Below are positions 37,826 to 48,579 of a stretch of DNA of 64,000 nucleotides, piece after piece. This stretch comes from Armatimonas sp. GTDB taxonomy: Bacteria > Armatimonadota > Armatimonadia > Armatimonadales > Armatimonadaceae. The stretch covers positions 199,282 to 263,281 of the forward strand of contig JASGJG010000001.1 of the NCBI GenBank assembly GCA_049840835.1. The letters are read 5' to 3'. The notes under the pieces are model-generated. The model did not search any database, was not told the origin of the DNA, and saw nothing but the letters and a program-made list of their open reading frames with translations. The position numbers and the translations under genes are program-made. Each line of letters opens with the position of its first letter. Within the stretch, counting starts at the first letter, position 1.

Positions 37826-40413
37826 TGGCATCCTCCACGCTCACAGATAGCAATCGGCTGGCAGCGCTTGCTGCCTACCATATTCTCGACACTCCACCCG
37901 AGCAGGGCTACGACGATATCACTCAGTTGGCGGCGATTCTATGCGACGTCCCTATATGTGTGATTACCCTGTTAGACGATTCCAGGCAATGGTTCAAATC
38001 CTGTATTGGTATTGAGGGCTCAGAGACTCCACTCTCTGTCTCTTTTTGTGCCTATGCCATCCAGACTCCGAGTACTCCCATGATTATTCCGGATGCTCTG
38101 GAAGACCCACGCTTTGTTCATCATCCTATGGTAACAGGCGACCCCTATATTCGGTTCTACGCGGGTGTTCCGCTGATTACACCCGAGGGCTACGCTCTAG
38201 GAACACTCTGTGTTGTCGATAGGATGCCACGAACGCTGACAGAGGCTCAGTTAAAAGGGCTTCAGGCCCTGGCAAGGCAGGTCGTTTGCCTGCTGGAAAT
38301 GAGAAAGCAGGTTCGCCAGAAAGAGGCCATAGAACAGCTTTTTTTCTCTGCTCTGAACGTGATGCAGGAAGGCTTTCTGCTGATAGACAGAGACGGACAT
38401 ATTGCCTACTCAAACACCCGTGTCGAAGAAATACTCGGGCTTGCCAAAAAGCAGATTACAGGGTGTGAAAAAGCGGAGGCCATATGGCATGAGGGGGATA
38501 CGCAGTCCTCAGCTATGACCATGGTAGAGCTGCAAAAAACGCTCTTTCAACCTCGTACTAGCTCTTTGTTAGAAATCCGGCCTGCTGATGGGGAATCTAC
38601 CTGGCTCTGGGTAAACTCCTGCCCGATTCCACAATGGGATGTCACAGTATTGGGTAATAGCTCACTAGACTCGTATTCTGTAGTCGTCACCCTGCGGGAT
38701 GTCACGGAGCAAAAACGCGTTGAAGCAAATCTGGCCCAGGCTCATGAGTGGACCAACAGTATCCTATCCAGCATTACCGATGCCTTCATGGTTCTGGATA
38801 GGCAGTGGCGCTTTGTCTCTGTGAATAAAGAGGCGGAGCGGCTCATTGGGCGCTCCCAGGAAGAGCTCGTTGGAAAGAGTGCGTGGCAGGAATACCCGGA
38901 AGCCATTGGTGCCACCTGGTACCGACAGTACCGCCGCGCCATGCACAAAAATGAGGCCGTGGCTTTCGAGGCATTCAATCCCCTCAATCAGACCTGGAAT
39001 GATGTCAGGGCCTACCCCTCTGCGCAGGGCATAGCCATCTACTTCCGGGACATTACGGATAAGAAACGGGCCGAGAAAGCGCTCCAGGAGAGTGAAGCCC
39101 AGTTGGATGAAGCGCAACAGATTGCTCAGCTGGGGAGTTTCGAATACCACCTGGCAACCAATCAGATCAACTGGTCTAAGGGAATCTTCTCCATCTTGCA
39201 AAGAGAGCCGGAACTAGGACCTCCTACATATGAGGAAGCTGTTTCGTATTTTGATCCTGAGGACTATCAGCAACTTCTAGAGCAGAGGAAGGAAGCATTG
39301 CGACTACGGCTGCCCTATGAGTACGACACTCGCGTTCGGCGGAGAGATGGCTCCTATCGGTGGATTCACAATCGGTCACAGTTCTTCTTCGATGAGCAAG
39401 GGGAACCTCTAGGAATCCGCGGCACCATGATGGACGTTCATGATCGTAAGCTAGCGGAGAGCCGGATTTTAGTTAGCGAGGCGAACTTGAATCGTGCTCA
39501 GGCGCTAGCCCATATCGGTTCCTGGGAGCTAGATCTGAAAACCTTTCAGGGTCACTGGTCTGATGAGATGTACCGTATCTATGGACTGGAACCGAGAGGG
39601 AAAGACAGCCGTGCCCCCTCTTTTGAAGAATCTCTGAATTATGTACACCCCGAGGACCGAGAGAGGGTGCGCAGCCATGCTAGAACCGCTCTGGAAGAAG
39701 AAATAGAATTCCGCATAGTCTTGCCGAATGGGGAGTTGCGCTACGCTCGTGTTCTCAGTGAGCTCTTTCGTGATGGAGATGGGCGACCCTGTCTGCTCCG
39801 CGGGACGCTCATGGATGTTACAACCGAGAAAGAGGCGCAGCTACAGATTCAAGAGCAGATGGACCAGATTCAGGAAGCGAACGAGCGCCTTTCTGCTCTG
39901 GCCACCATAGATGGGCTTACTGGACTGAAGAACCATAGGACGTTTCAGGAGAAACTCTCCAAAGAGTTCGCCCGCTCACGCCGTTATGACCATCCGCTGG
40001 CTCTGCTACTGCTAGATGTGGACTACTTCAAGCAGTTCAATGACTGCTTCGGGCATCCAGCGGGTGACTCGGTCCTGAAAGCTGTAGGAGCAAAGCTCCA
40101 GGGCCAGTGCCGCACCAGCGATATGGTGGCGCGTTATGGCGGAGAAGAGTTTGCTCTTATCTTGCCTGAAACCAGCAGTCAGGGCGCACTGGAGCTTGCC
40201 GAGCGAATTCGCGCTGCCATAGAGGCGGGCCCCTGGTCGGAGCGAGCGATAACTGTCAGTATCGGAGTGTCCGTCTTGCAGGTCGCCACAGAAGATGAAG
40301 CGGCGCTTATCTCAGCGGCAGACAAGGCGCTCTATCAGGCGAAAGCCCTGGGGCGAAACTGTGTCGCTCTCGCCTCCGTCATGGCAGAGCAAGAAGCCGA
40401 GCTACACGTTTAG
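37826..40413 (+). CDS. sensor diguanylate cyclase: GAF + multiple PAS domains + GGDEF
   Basis: C-terminal GGDEF domain with RYGGEEF active site and DVDYFKQFND; upstream PAS repeats; start taken at MASSTLTDSNRL. Confidence 0.85.
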
Positions 40414-41783
40414 ACAGACTCACGCTCAATATTCACGGTCTCCGATTCTTGCGACGAGAAGCCCAGAAGGCTTCGTGTCAGCGCTCCGCCGCCATAGACC
40501 ATCTCTCGGAGGGCTATGTCCATGTGTGAATCGGAGACTTGAATAACGCCGTCAGTAACATCGCCCTGCTCTGCGGCAATCATAGCGGCTTTGCGAATCA
40601 GCTCCTGAATAAACGCAGGGCTTGCGCCTGCGGTTCGTTCCACGACCTGGCCTGGCTCTTTCAGACTCAGGGTCAGCCCCTTGCTATAAAACGAGAGCAA
40701 GCGCTGTCGGCACTCGGCGTCCGGCAAGGGGAACTCTATCGCCTGATCGATACGCCCAGGGCGTGCGGCAATCGCGGACTCAATCACCTCGGGGCGGTTG
40801 GTTGTGAGTAAAAACAGAACTTCCAGGTTGCTGGAAAGACCGTCCATCTCGTTCATGAGCTGGTGTAGCGTTATCTGATAGGCTGGATGTCGCTTTTCAT
40901 CACGCTCACCTGCAATCAGGTCTACGTCTTCCAGAATCACCAGGGCCGGAGCCAGTAGGCGGGCAAGCTGACAGCACTCCTTTATCAAGCCAAGCTGGTC
41001 AGCAGAGATAAGAATGGTCGTAACATTGGGCAGGGCTTGCGCCAGCCACTTTGCCGTGTAGGTCTTGCCAGTGCCTGGCTTGCCATGGAGCAGTAGACCG
41101 CGCTTGAGTGCCCGTCCACTTTGTCGCAGAAGAGCGACATTCTGGAAGTAGCGAACAGTATTGCGCTCCAGCATCTCCAGAGTGGCTGCTGGCAGAATAA
41201 TCTCTTCACGCTCCACCCTGGGAAATCGATGGAAACGGAGAGCAGAGAAACCGGAGCGACCCGGCATCCGAGCGTCGCATTCCAGAGAGAGCGCTTTGCC
41301 ACGATAGACATTCGCTTCGGCAATCGCAACACGGACTTTCTCCAGGAAGTCACTCGCAAGCTCTGGTGAGGTAGTCAGTACCTCCATCTCCAGCCCGTGT
41401 GTCATCCGGTCAGAGCGCACGTGCGCTGCTATAAGACCTACTGAATCTTTAATAAGGTGGATTCCGTTCTCCACGCAGCGCATCTGGCTGTTGACATCAA
41501 TATCTACTTCACGGTAATCGGGCGCAGTAACTGTAGCCTTGGTACTGAAGAGAGCCCGTAACTCGTTATAAAAAAAGCTCTGCTCAGAGATATAGCCAAT
41601 GGCTCGATAGCTAGCACTGGTCTTTTCGGCATATCCTGTAATAGCTCGTTCCAGGTTGGGTAGGTCCACCATAGAATAGGAGCGGCTTACTATAGGCAAA
41701 TTGCCGACATCTTCTCCAAAAAACTGAGTTAGCTCTGATTCCAGAGACGCACCGGATTTGTTCCCAGGCATAAATCGCATCAT
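40410..41783 (-). CDS. AAA+ ATPase family protein
   Basis: 457 aa; Walker A LLHGKPGTGKTY, Walker B ALVILEDVD, arginine finger region. Confidence 0.8.
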   Translation of the reverse strand: MMRFMPGNKSGASLESELTQFFGEDVGNLPIVSRSYSMVDLPNLERAITGYAEKTSASYRAIGYISEQSFFYNELRALFSTKATVTAPDYREVDIDVNSQMRCVENGIHLIKDSVGLIAAHVRSDRMTHGLEMEVLTTSPELASDFLEKVRVAIAEANVYRGKALSLECDARMPGRSGFSALRFHRFPRVEREEIILPAATLEMLERNTVRYFQNVALLRQSGRALKRGLLLHGKPGTGKTYTAKWLAQALPNVTTILISADQLGLIKECCQLARLLAPALVILEDVDLIAGERDEKRHPAYQITLHQLMNEMDGLSSNLEVLFLLTTNRPEVIESAIAARPGRIDQAIEFPLPDAECRQRLLSFYSKGLTLSLKEPGQVVERTAGASPAFIQELIRKAAMIAAEQGDVTDGVIQVSDSHMDIALREMVYGGGALTRSLLGFSSQESETVNIERESV

Positions 41784-41824
41784 TACCCCCTGGAATAGTT
41801 TAAGCGAGAAAAGCTCAGTTCCTG

Positions 41825-43240
41825 TTGCAGACGGATGATTTTTTGTGTTACCTTGAGGTCATGGACCGACGGGGGTTTTTGCTACAGGCCGGAGCGGGGC
41901 TGAGTGCGGTTGCTCTGCCGTATTTGCTGCAGTCCGAAGCATTGGCGGCAGCGCCTGTGGGAAAGGCAAAGCGCGTTATCTTTGTCTTCTGTTGTGGGGG
42001 TGTCAGCCACATAGACACCTTTGACTACAAGCCAGAGCTGAAGAAGCGTGAGGGGCAAGAGCTGACCGGCAAAGGCAAGTTGGATACATTCTTTGCGCAG
42101 CCCGGAAAGCTCATGGGAAGCCCCTTTGAGTTCCGCCAGCATGGGCAGAGCGGGGCCTGGGTTAGCAGCTTACTCCCCAATATTGCTGAGCATGTGGATG
42201 ACATGACCTTTATCCACTCCATGGTCTCTAAGAGCAGTAATCACACCCCCGCCACGTTTTTCTTTAACACCGGTTTCACCATGAACGGGTTCCCCTGCTT
42301 AGGGGCATGGCTCAGCTACGGGCTGGGTTCGCTGAATGAGAATCTACCCTCGTTTGTAGTGCTCCCCGATCCGCGCGGGTTGCCTGCGGGTGGGCCGATC
42401 AACTGGACCAGTGGGTTTCTGCCAGCCTCCCATCAAGGGGTCGCGTTTCAAACAAAAGGCGATCTGATTCCTGAGCTTTTCCCCGCAGACCCCGAGGCAC
42501 AGAAGAAGCTCGCGGGGCGTCTGGCGTTTCTACAGAAACTCAACCGAGAGGATGAAGCAGCGCACCCCGGAGACAGCACACTCTCTGCCCGTATTCGCTC
42601 CTATGAGCTGGCTGCCCGCATGCAGGTCAGTATCCCGGAGGCTGCTGGAATCGAGAAAGAGAGCGAGGCTACGAAGGCGCTCTATGGGCTGGACCGGGAG
42701 ACGACCGCCGGTTTCGGACGCAACTGCCTGCTGGCACGGCGACTGGTGGAGCGGGGTGTGCGGTTTGTACAGCTATTCCATGGCGGAGCCTTCGGTGGCT
42801 CACCGCGCATCAACTGGGATGGGCACGAGGATATGGTGGATAACCACACCCGCCAGGCAGAGAATTTAGACAAGCCACTGGCCGGGCTGCTGACCGACCT
42901 GAAACAGCGCGGGCTACTCGACGACACACTGGTGGTCTGCGCCACCGAGTTCGGGCGCACTCCGTTTACCCAGGGAGTCGGCACGCGCGGGCGAGACCAT
43001 CACCCACATGCCTTTACTATATGGATGGCTGGGGCAGGCGTGAAGAAGGGCCTGCACTACGGCACTAGCGATGAAGTGGGCTACAACGCGGTAGAGAATC
43101 CAGTAGAGGTGTACGACCTCAATGCGACGATTCTCCAATTGCTTGGAATCGACCACAAGCAGCTGACCTATTACCACAACGGTATTCGCCGTCGCCTGAC
43201 GGATGTCCATGGAACGGTGGTTAATGCGCTTCTGGCTTAG
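41825..43240 (+). CDS. DUF1501 family protein (sulfatase-like, Tat signal)
   Basis: twin-arginine-like N-terminus MDRRGFLLQAGAGL; DUF1501 blocks; classical partner of following DUF1549/DUF1553 gene. Confidence 0.8.
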   Translation: MQTDDFLCYLEVMDRRGFLLQAGAGLSAVALPYLLQSEALAAAPVGKAKRVIFVFCCGGVSHIDTFDYKPELKKREGQELTGKGKLDTFFAQPGKLMGSPFEFRQHGQSGAWVSSLLPNIAEHVDDMTFIHSMVSKSSNHTPATFFFNTGFTMNGFPCLGAWLSYGLGSLNENLPSFVVLPDPRGLPAGGPINWTSGFLPASHQGVAFQTKGDLIPELFPADPEAQKKLAGRLAFLQKLNREDEAAHPGDSTLSARIRSYELAARMQVSIPEAAGIEKESEATKALYGLDRETTAGFGRNCLLARRLVERGVRFVQLFHGGAFGGSPRINWDGHEDMVDNHTRQAENLDKPLAGLLTDLKQRGLLDDTLVVCATEFGRTPFTQGVGTRGRDHHPHAFTIWMAGAGVKKGLHYGTSDEVGYNAVENPVEVYDLNATILQLLGIDHKQLTYYHNGIRRRLTDVHGTVVNALLA

Positions 43241-46016
43241 TGGTCTCTCCAGTCTTGTAGTATTGGGGCTCGCTCTTGCGGCACCGCCTGGTATTCCCAC
43301 CGAGGTTGCCCCGATAGTTAAGACGAAGTGCCTGCCTTGCCATAATGCGAATACGCACTCTGGTGGGCTGGACCTCAGCGTGGCACCCGCACCCGCCATG
43401 CTCGGGCGTATCGTGAAGCAAGTGGAGGCAGGGAAGATGCCTCCGGGCGCGCCGCTTCCCCCCGCAGAAAAAGCCCGGTTTGCCGCCTGGGTCAAGTCTG
43501 GCTCGGGAGCTACCTGGTGGTCGCTACGTCCAGTGCCACCCCCCGCTCCCGCAGCTACTCTGGATGGCTTTATTGAAGCAGGCTTGAAAGCGAAAGGGCT
43601 TAGCTTTTCGCCGGAGGCAGATAAACGCACTCTCTTACGCCGCGTGGCTCTGGACCTCACCGGGTTGCCACCCACACCTGAAGAAACCGCCGCGTTTCTA
43701 GCAGACAAGTCTCCGAATGCCTATGAGAAGCGAGTCGATGCCCTATTAGCATCCCCCGCTTATGGCGAGCGCTGGGCGCGGCACTGGCTAGATGTAGCTC
43801 GGTTCGGAGAGAGCCACGGCTTCGAGCGCGACCAGCTCCGGGAGCATTCCTGGCGCTATCGGGATTGGGTCATCAATGCTCTGAACTCTGACCTGCCTTA
43901 TGATGAGTTCGTTCGACAGCAGGTCGCCGGAGATGTACTCTACCCGGACAATGCCAGTGCGATTACTGCCACGGGTTTCCTGGTCGGTGCGCCCTGGGAT
44001 GAAGTTGGCCAAACTCAGGCCAGCGCCTTAGCTCGTGCCCGCACTCGGGAAGAAGAGCTAGAGGAACTTATCGGCACGGTGGGGCAGGCGTTCCTGGGCC
44101 TCAGTGTGCAGTGCGCGCGCTGCCACGACCACAAGTTCGACCCCATTCCTACAAAAGACTACTATCGGTTTCGAGCCGCTCTCTCCGGTGTGCGCCATGG
44201 TACTCGCCCCTTACCCAGCCCCGCCGAAAAGCGCTTGCGAGTCGTAGAGGCGCAGCTAACGACGCTGGATGAGGCAGCGAGGAAGCGTATTACCCTGCCG
44301 GGACAGCAGAAGTTTGGCCCTGCACCAACTCTCCGCTGGAGCTTCGATGAGGGGCCGAAAGATAGCGTGCGTGGTCTGCCTTTGCATATGGAAGGCGGTG
44401 CACAAATAGCTGCCGGGCGGCTCAAACTACCGAAGTCTGGCGCGTTTGCCGCTACGGATGCCCTGCCCCTTGCTCTAGGCGCGAAGACTCTCGAAGCCTG
44501 GGTAGCTCTACCCAATCGCACTCAGCGAGGTGGTGGCGTTATCTCCGTGGAGCTACCCGATGGCACCATGTTCGACGCCATAGTCTATGGAGAGCGAGAT
44601 CCAGGTAAATGGGCCACGGGCAGCGATAATTTTCGCAGGAGCCGAAGCCTCAATGCGCCTGTGGAGAGCGCCGCACCCGATGCTCTGATTCATGTCGCTG
44701 CCGTATACGAGGCGAATGGGCGTATTCAGCTCTACCGAAATGGCGTGCCCTACGGGGAGAGTTACGCAACCGAGGGGCCACTGAAGTTCACTGCGGGAAA
44801 TGCGAAGCTGCTACTGGGAATGCGCCATACCGGAGGCGGGAACGCGTTTCTAACCGGCGAGCTGGAAGAAGCGCGGGTCTACGACCGAGCCCTGAGCGCG
44901 GAAGAAGTCGCCGCTTCGTATGCTGCTGGCGTGGCTGCACTCGATGAGAAGACGATTGAAGCAGCTCTGACCGAGCCGGAACGTGCCGAACGCCGGAAAC
45001 TCAAAGCCGAGCGAGCCAATCTCCTCGTTGCCACAGCAACACCCGCGCAGGTCTATGCCTGTACCCCGCGTGCGCCAGAGCCCGGCTTTGTGCTGGCACG
45101 CGGCGATGTGGAAAGCCCGAAGGAGCCGGTGACACCGGGCGCGCTCTCCGCACTACCAGGTGATTTCTCGCTACCCGCGACAGCGACGGATGTCGAGCGG
45201 CGGACTCAGTTGGCTCGCTGGCTAAGCGATGCAAAGAACCCGCTTACCGCACGGGTCATGGTGAACCGGGTCTGGCAGGGGCACTTCGGGCGGGGAATTG
45301 TAGGAACGTCCAGTGACTTCGGTGCTGTGGGGGAGACTCCCAGTCATCCTGAGCTCCTGGACTGGCTAGCAGCGACGTTTATGAAAGACGGTTGGAGTAT
45401 CAAAAAGCTCCACAAGCGCATCGTACTCTCGCGGGCCTATAAGCAGGCGTCGGCAGCTACGAAAGAGGGGCTGGCGAAAGACGCCGACGACCGCCTGCTC
45501 TGGCGCTTCGCTCCCCGTCGGCTAGAGGCGGAGGCTATTCGAGACGATATTCTCTTTACCAGTGGACGGTTGAATACGGCGCGTGGCGGACCTGGGTTCC
45601 GCCCGTTCAAACTGGTGATTGATAACTCCTACTTCTACAATCTGATCGATTCCGATGCACCGGAGTTCCGAAAGCGCTCCATCTACCGCATTCAAGTACA
45701 GTCCGCCCGCCCACCGCTACTGGAAGCCTTAGACTGCCCCGACCCTTCCACGCGCACTCCACGCCGTACTCAGACCGTGACCCCACTTCAGGCGCTGGAA
45801 CTGATGAACGCACCGTTTATACTGCGGCAGGCCCATATGCTGGCGGAAGCAATAGGAGGCACCTCTGACCCGGTAGCGACTGCGTATCGTCGCGTGCTGG
45901 GTCGCTCTCCCTCAGAGAAGGAACGCACAGAGGCAACTACATTCGTAAAGCAAGATAGCCTGGAAGGGCTCTGCTGGGCGCTCTTTAACAGCAGCGAGTT
46001 TCTGTACCTGCGCTAG
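43203..46016 (+). CDS. PSCyt (planctomycete cytochrome-c-like) + DUF1549 + LamG-like + DUF1553 protein
   Basis: 937 aa; N-terminal CLPCHN haem-motif region, conserved DUF1549/DUF1553 architecture. Confidence 0.8.
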   Translation: MSMERWLMRFWLSGLSSLVVLGLALAAPPGIPTEVAPIVKTKCLPCHNANTHSGGLDLSVAPAPAMLGRIVKQVEAGKMPPGAPLPPAEKARFAAWVKSGSGATWWSLRPVPPPAPAATLDGFIEAGLKAKGLSFSPEADKRTLLRRVALDLTGLPPTPEETAAFLADKSPNAYEKRVDALLASPAYGERWARHWLDVARFGESHGFERDQLREHSWRYRDWVINALNSDLPYDEFVRQQVAGDVLYPDNASAITATGFLVGAPWDEVGQTQASALARARTREEELEELIGTVGQAFLGLSVQCARCHDHKFDPIPTKDYYRFRAALSGVRHGTRPLPSPAEKRLRVVEAQLTTLDEAARKRITLPGQQKFGPAPTLRWSFDEGPKDSVRGLPLHMEGGAQIAAGRLKLPKSGAFAATDALPLALGAKTLEAWVALPNRTQRGGGVISVELPDGTMFDAIVYGERDPGKWATGSDNFRRSRSLNAPVESAAPDALIHVAAVYEANGRIQLYRNGVPYGESYATEGPLKFTAGNAKLLLGMRHTGGGNAFLTGELEEARVYDRALSAEEVAASYAAGVAALDEKTIEAALTEPERAERRKLKAERANLLVATATPAQVYACTPRAPEPGFVLARGDVESPKEPVTPGALSALPGDFSLPATATDVERRTQLARWLSDAKNPLTARVMVNRVWQGHFGRGIVGTSSDFGAVGETPSHPELLDWLAATFMKDGWSIKKLHKRIVLSRAYKQASAATKEGLAKDADDRLLWRFAPRRLEAEAIRDDILFTSGRLNTARGGPGFRPFKLVIDNSYFYNLIDSDAPEFRKRSIYRIQVQSARPPLLEALDCPDPSTRTPRRTQTVTPLQALELMNAPFILRQAHMLAEAIGGTSDPVATAYRRVLGRSPSEKERTEATTFVKQDSLEGLCWALFNSSEFLYLR

Positions 46017-48568
46017 TTCGCGGGAAAAGTGACACCCTCTAACCAGCGAGGAACATCATCGAGCGGAATGGCTTTCAGGTCTAGCAAAAAGCGATCGGCG
46101 TCTCTGCTCTGTGAGAACACAGCACGGGCCAGTGCTTCTGGACCATCCGGGGTGGCGGGTAGCCCAAGCCACAGTGGAGTTTGAAGAAACTGGCCAGGTG
46201 TACAGGAAACATAGTGCATCGTCCGTGCGGGGGAGGTCGCTGCTCCGGCGGGTTGCGGAATAGGGCGGTCCCAAACTGTAAGGTTCCCGGAACCAGAACC
46301 TGGCTGCTCTATCCAGAGAGGCAGCATGGCTGAGCGAGCCCGTAGGTTCGTAAACAGCTCAGGCAGAAGGGCGTTTACTTTGGCCTCCAGAAACTTCTGC
46401 CAGTCTTTCTGCAACCGTCTCCCTTCGTCTGGCGCGATGCCAAGGTTGATAGGGCCGTTGGGCATGACCCGAATACCTGGTCCATGTGCGTTGGGAGCTA
46501 CCAGAGAGATACCCGAAAGTTCACCACTGGAAAAGAAGGGGCCATAAAGTAGGCCTGCATCGAGGTCAAGTGGGTCGGCACCTGTCTGCCGTAGAAACGC
46601 CAGCCGATTTCCTGGCCGTCCGCCAAGTCCTCTCGAGCAGATTCATAGCGCGCCGGAAGCTTACTGTAGTAGCCCATTGGGGCGGTTTCTACCACCGCCA
46701 ATCCAGCCAGACCCTCCAGGGTGGCTAGAGTGCTCAGGCGGGTACGGAGTTTTTCGGTGACCCCTGGTGCATCGGGAGCGATCCATTCCAGCGAGGTCCC
46801 TTGCAAGTGTGAGGGGGATTGTGCAGGTTGGCGTCCTCCTGTCAGGCGCTCATCTCGGTCGGGTGCCTGGGAGTCGGGTGACGTAGTCAGTAAATGCACC
46901 AGCGCACCAACGGCAACCTTTTGTGTTTTTCCTTCGGCCAGAGCTGCCGTAAGTAGGGCTTTTTCTGAGGCGCTATTGGTAGCAAGAGGCAGTGCTAGCC
47001 AGAGCTCAGGGATATGGTGTGTCGCCGCTAGCTGAACAGCGCGGCGGGCAGACTCCGGAGTGTCCACTCTCAGTAGCAGCGAAGGCGCGCGTTTCAGAGC
47101 GATTTGTTTTGGAAAGACTGGTGTGGAACTGTTCGCGCCCTGTGTTGCCGATTGGATAATCTGGGTCAGTCTGCCATCACGTACTGCTGCCCCATTGGGC
47201 AGAAGCAGTTGACCTTCTAGGGGAGTGCTTATCTGTACGGCATCAGGCACAAAACTATTCGCAGTGACGGGTACCCCATTGATACTGAAAGAGGTATTTA
47301 TGGAGGTTATGGAAATTCCATTAGCGGTGGTAGTGGTATCTTCCGGGCTAAATCCCTTCCGCCGTTGATCGACTAAGGCACGAATCTCTGGCGGGAGTTG
47401 AGATACCGAATAGCGGCCTTCCGTCTTGCCTGCCAGACTTCCTACTGAGGGAGCTTCCGGAAGTGTCCAGCTAATGCGCGTAGATGTGATGTCGCCTACT
47501 TCTGAAATGGCGGAATCTACCCATTTTTGTCTTTGAGCTAGGCGAACGCTTACTGGCTCCAGATCGCCCGTAAGCACCCAGGGACCGCCTTCTATGCGGC
47601 GGAAGGTGCCGGTGAGGGCATAGGCCAGTCCCTGTAAAACATCTCCAGCGCGTGCGGAAGTACCCAGGAAATGGACCCTATACAGAGCAAGCCGTGGGTC
47701 TACATAGAGCTCTACTCCTGTGCGCTTTGCCGCCAGCGCTATGAGCTCTCCTACGTTTTTTGCACTCTCTGGCGAAAGGGAAGCGTTTAGCTCCGATGCG
47801 CCATAGTTCAAATCCGAGCGTTTAAGCTGATTCGGTACATCGCGGTAAAGCACGGAACCCAGCAGAGTGTTGTTATCCGGGTTCTGCTGGTAGTAGGCTA
47901 CCGACCAGAACGTTTCAGACGGTAGAGTTACTGCCTCTCCTCTTGCTTTTTGTAGGGCAGGCTCCTGGAGGATGAGCCGGACAGTAGGCGTACGTACTAC
48001 ACGCAGGCGAACGGCATTGCGGTCACTATCCGAGAGTACAGGTGGCTGGGGCGGCTGCCCAGCTCCAGGAATTAGAATCGCCCGTGTATCCAATCCCAGC
48101 GGCGTGGGTAATGAGGCAAGGAATAGCCGCTGTTGATCCAGGTTGAGGTCCGGAAGTCCCAGCCCCTGCTCGGAGAAAAGCGCTTTTTGCTGAGACTCTT
48201 TCAGCGAGGCCAGAAGGCGCAGGCGCCGTTCTCCAAAGGGGAGAGCCTGCTGCCATATCGGGCTTCCGTGTCGGTTCCGGAAAAAGGCGCATCGTCTGCG
48301 GCACCCAGACCGTTAAGCGTCCTGCTTTAGCACTTTTTAGATCTGAGGAGGCAGTCAGGTCCTCGGGGGTCCAGGAGTCCGCTTGAGGGGATTTAATCGC
48401 TGTCGCTAGAGTATCGACAATAAGCAGCGGGCCTCGCTTTGCCGTATCCCAGCGCAGTTTCGGTAACTCATCGGAGAGCTTCTGGGCCTGAGCGTTTAAG
48501 GGCAGTAAGGTGAAGGCGACGAATAGTACTATGGCATGCCGCATAGGCGAGTATACCAGGAAATACAC
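46013..48568 (-). pseudogene. degraded paralog of gene 48580..51084, broken into three ORFs (48026..48568, 46498..48093, 46013..46465)
   Basis: The three ORF products align in order with N-terminal, middle and C-terminal parts of the intact 864-aa neighbour (e.g. ..LPLWIEQP.., ..AIPLDDVPRWLEGVTFPA..). Confidence 0.6.
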
Positions 48569-48579
48569 TCCTACTTTCT

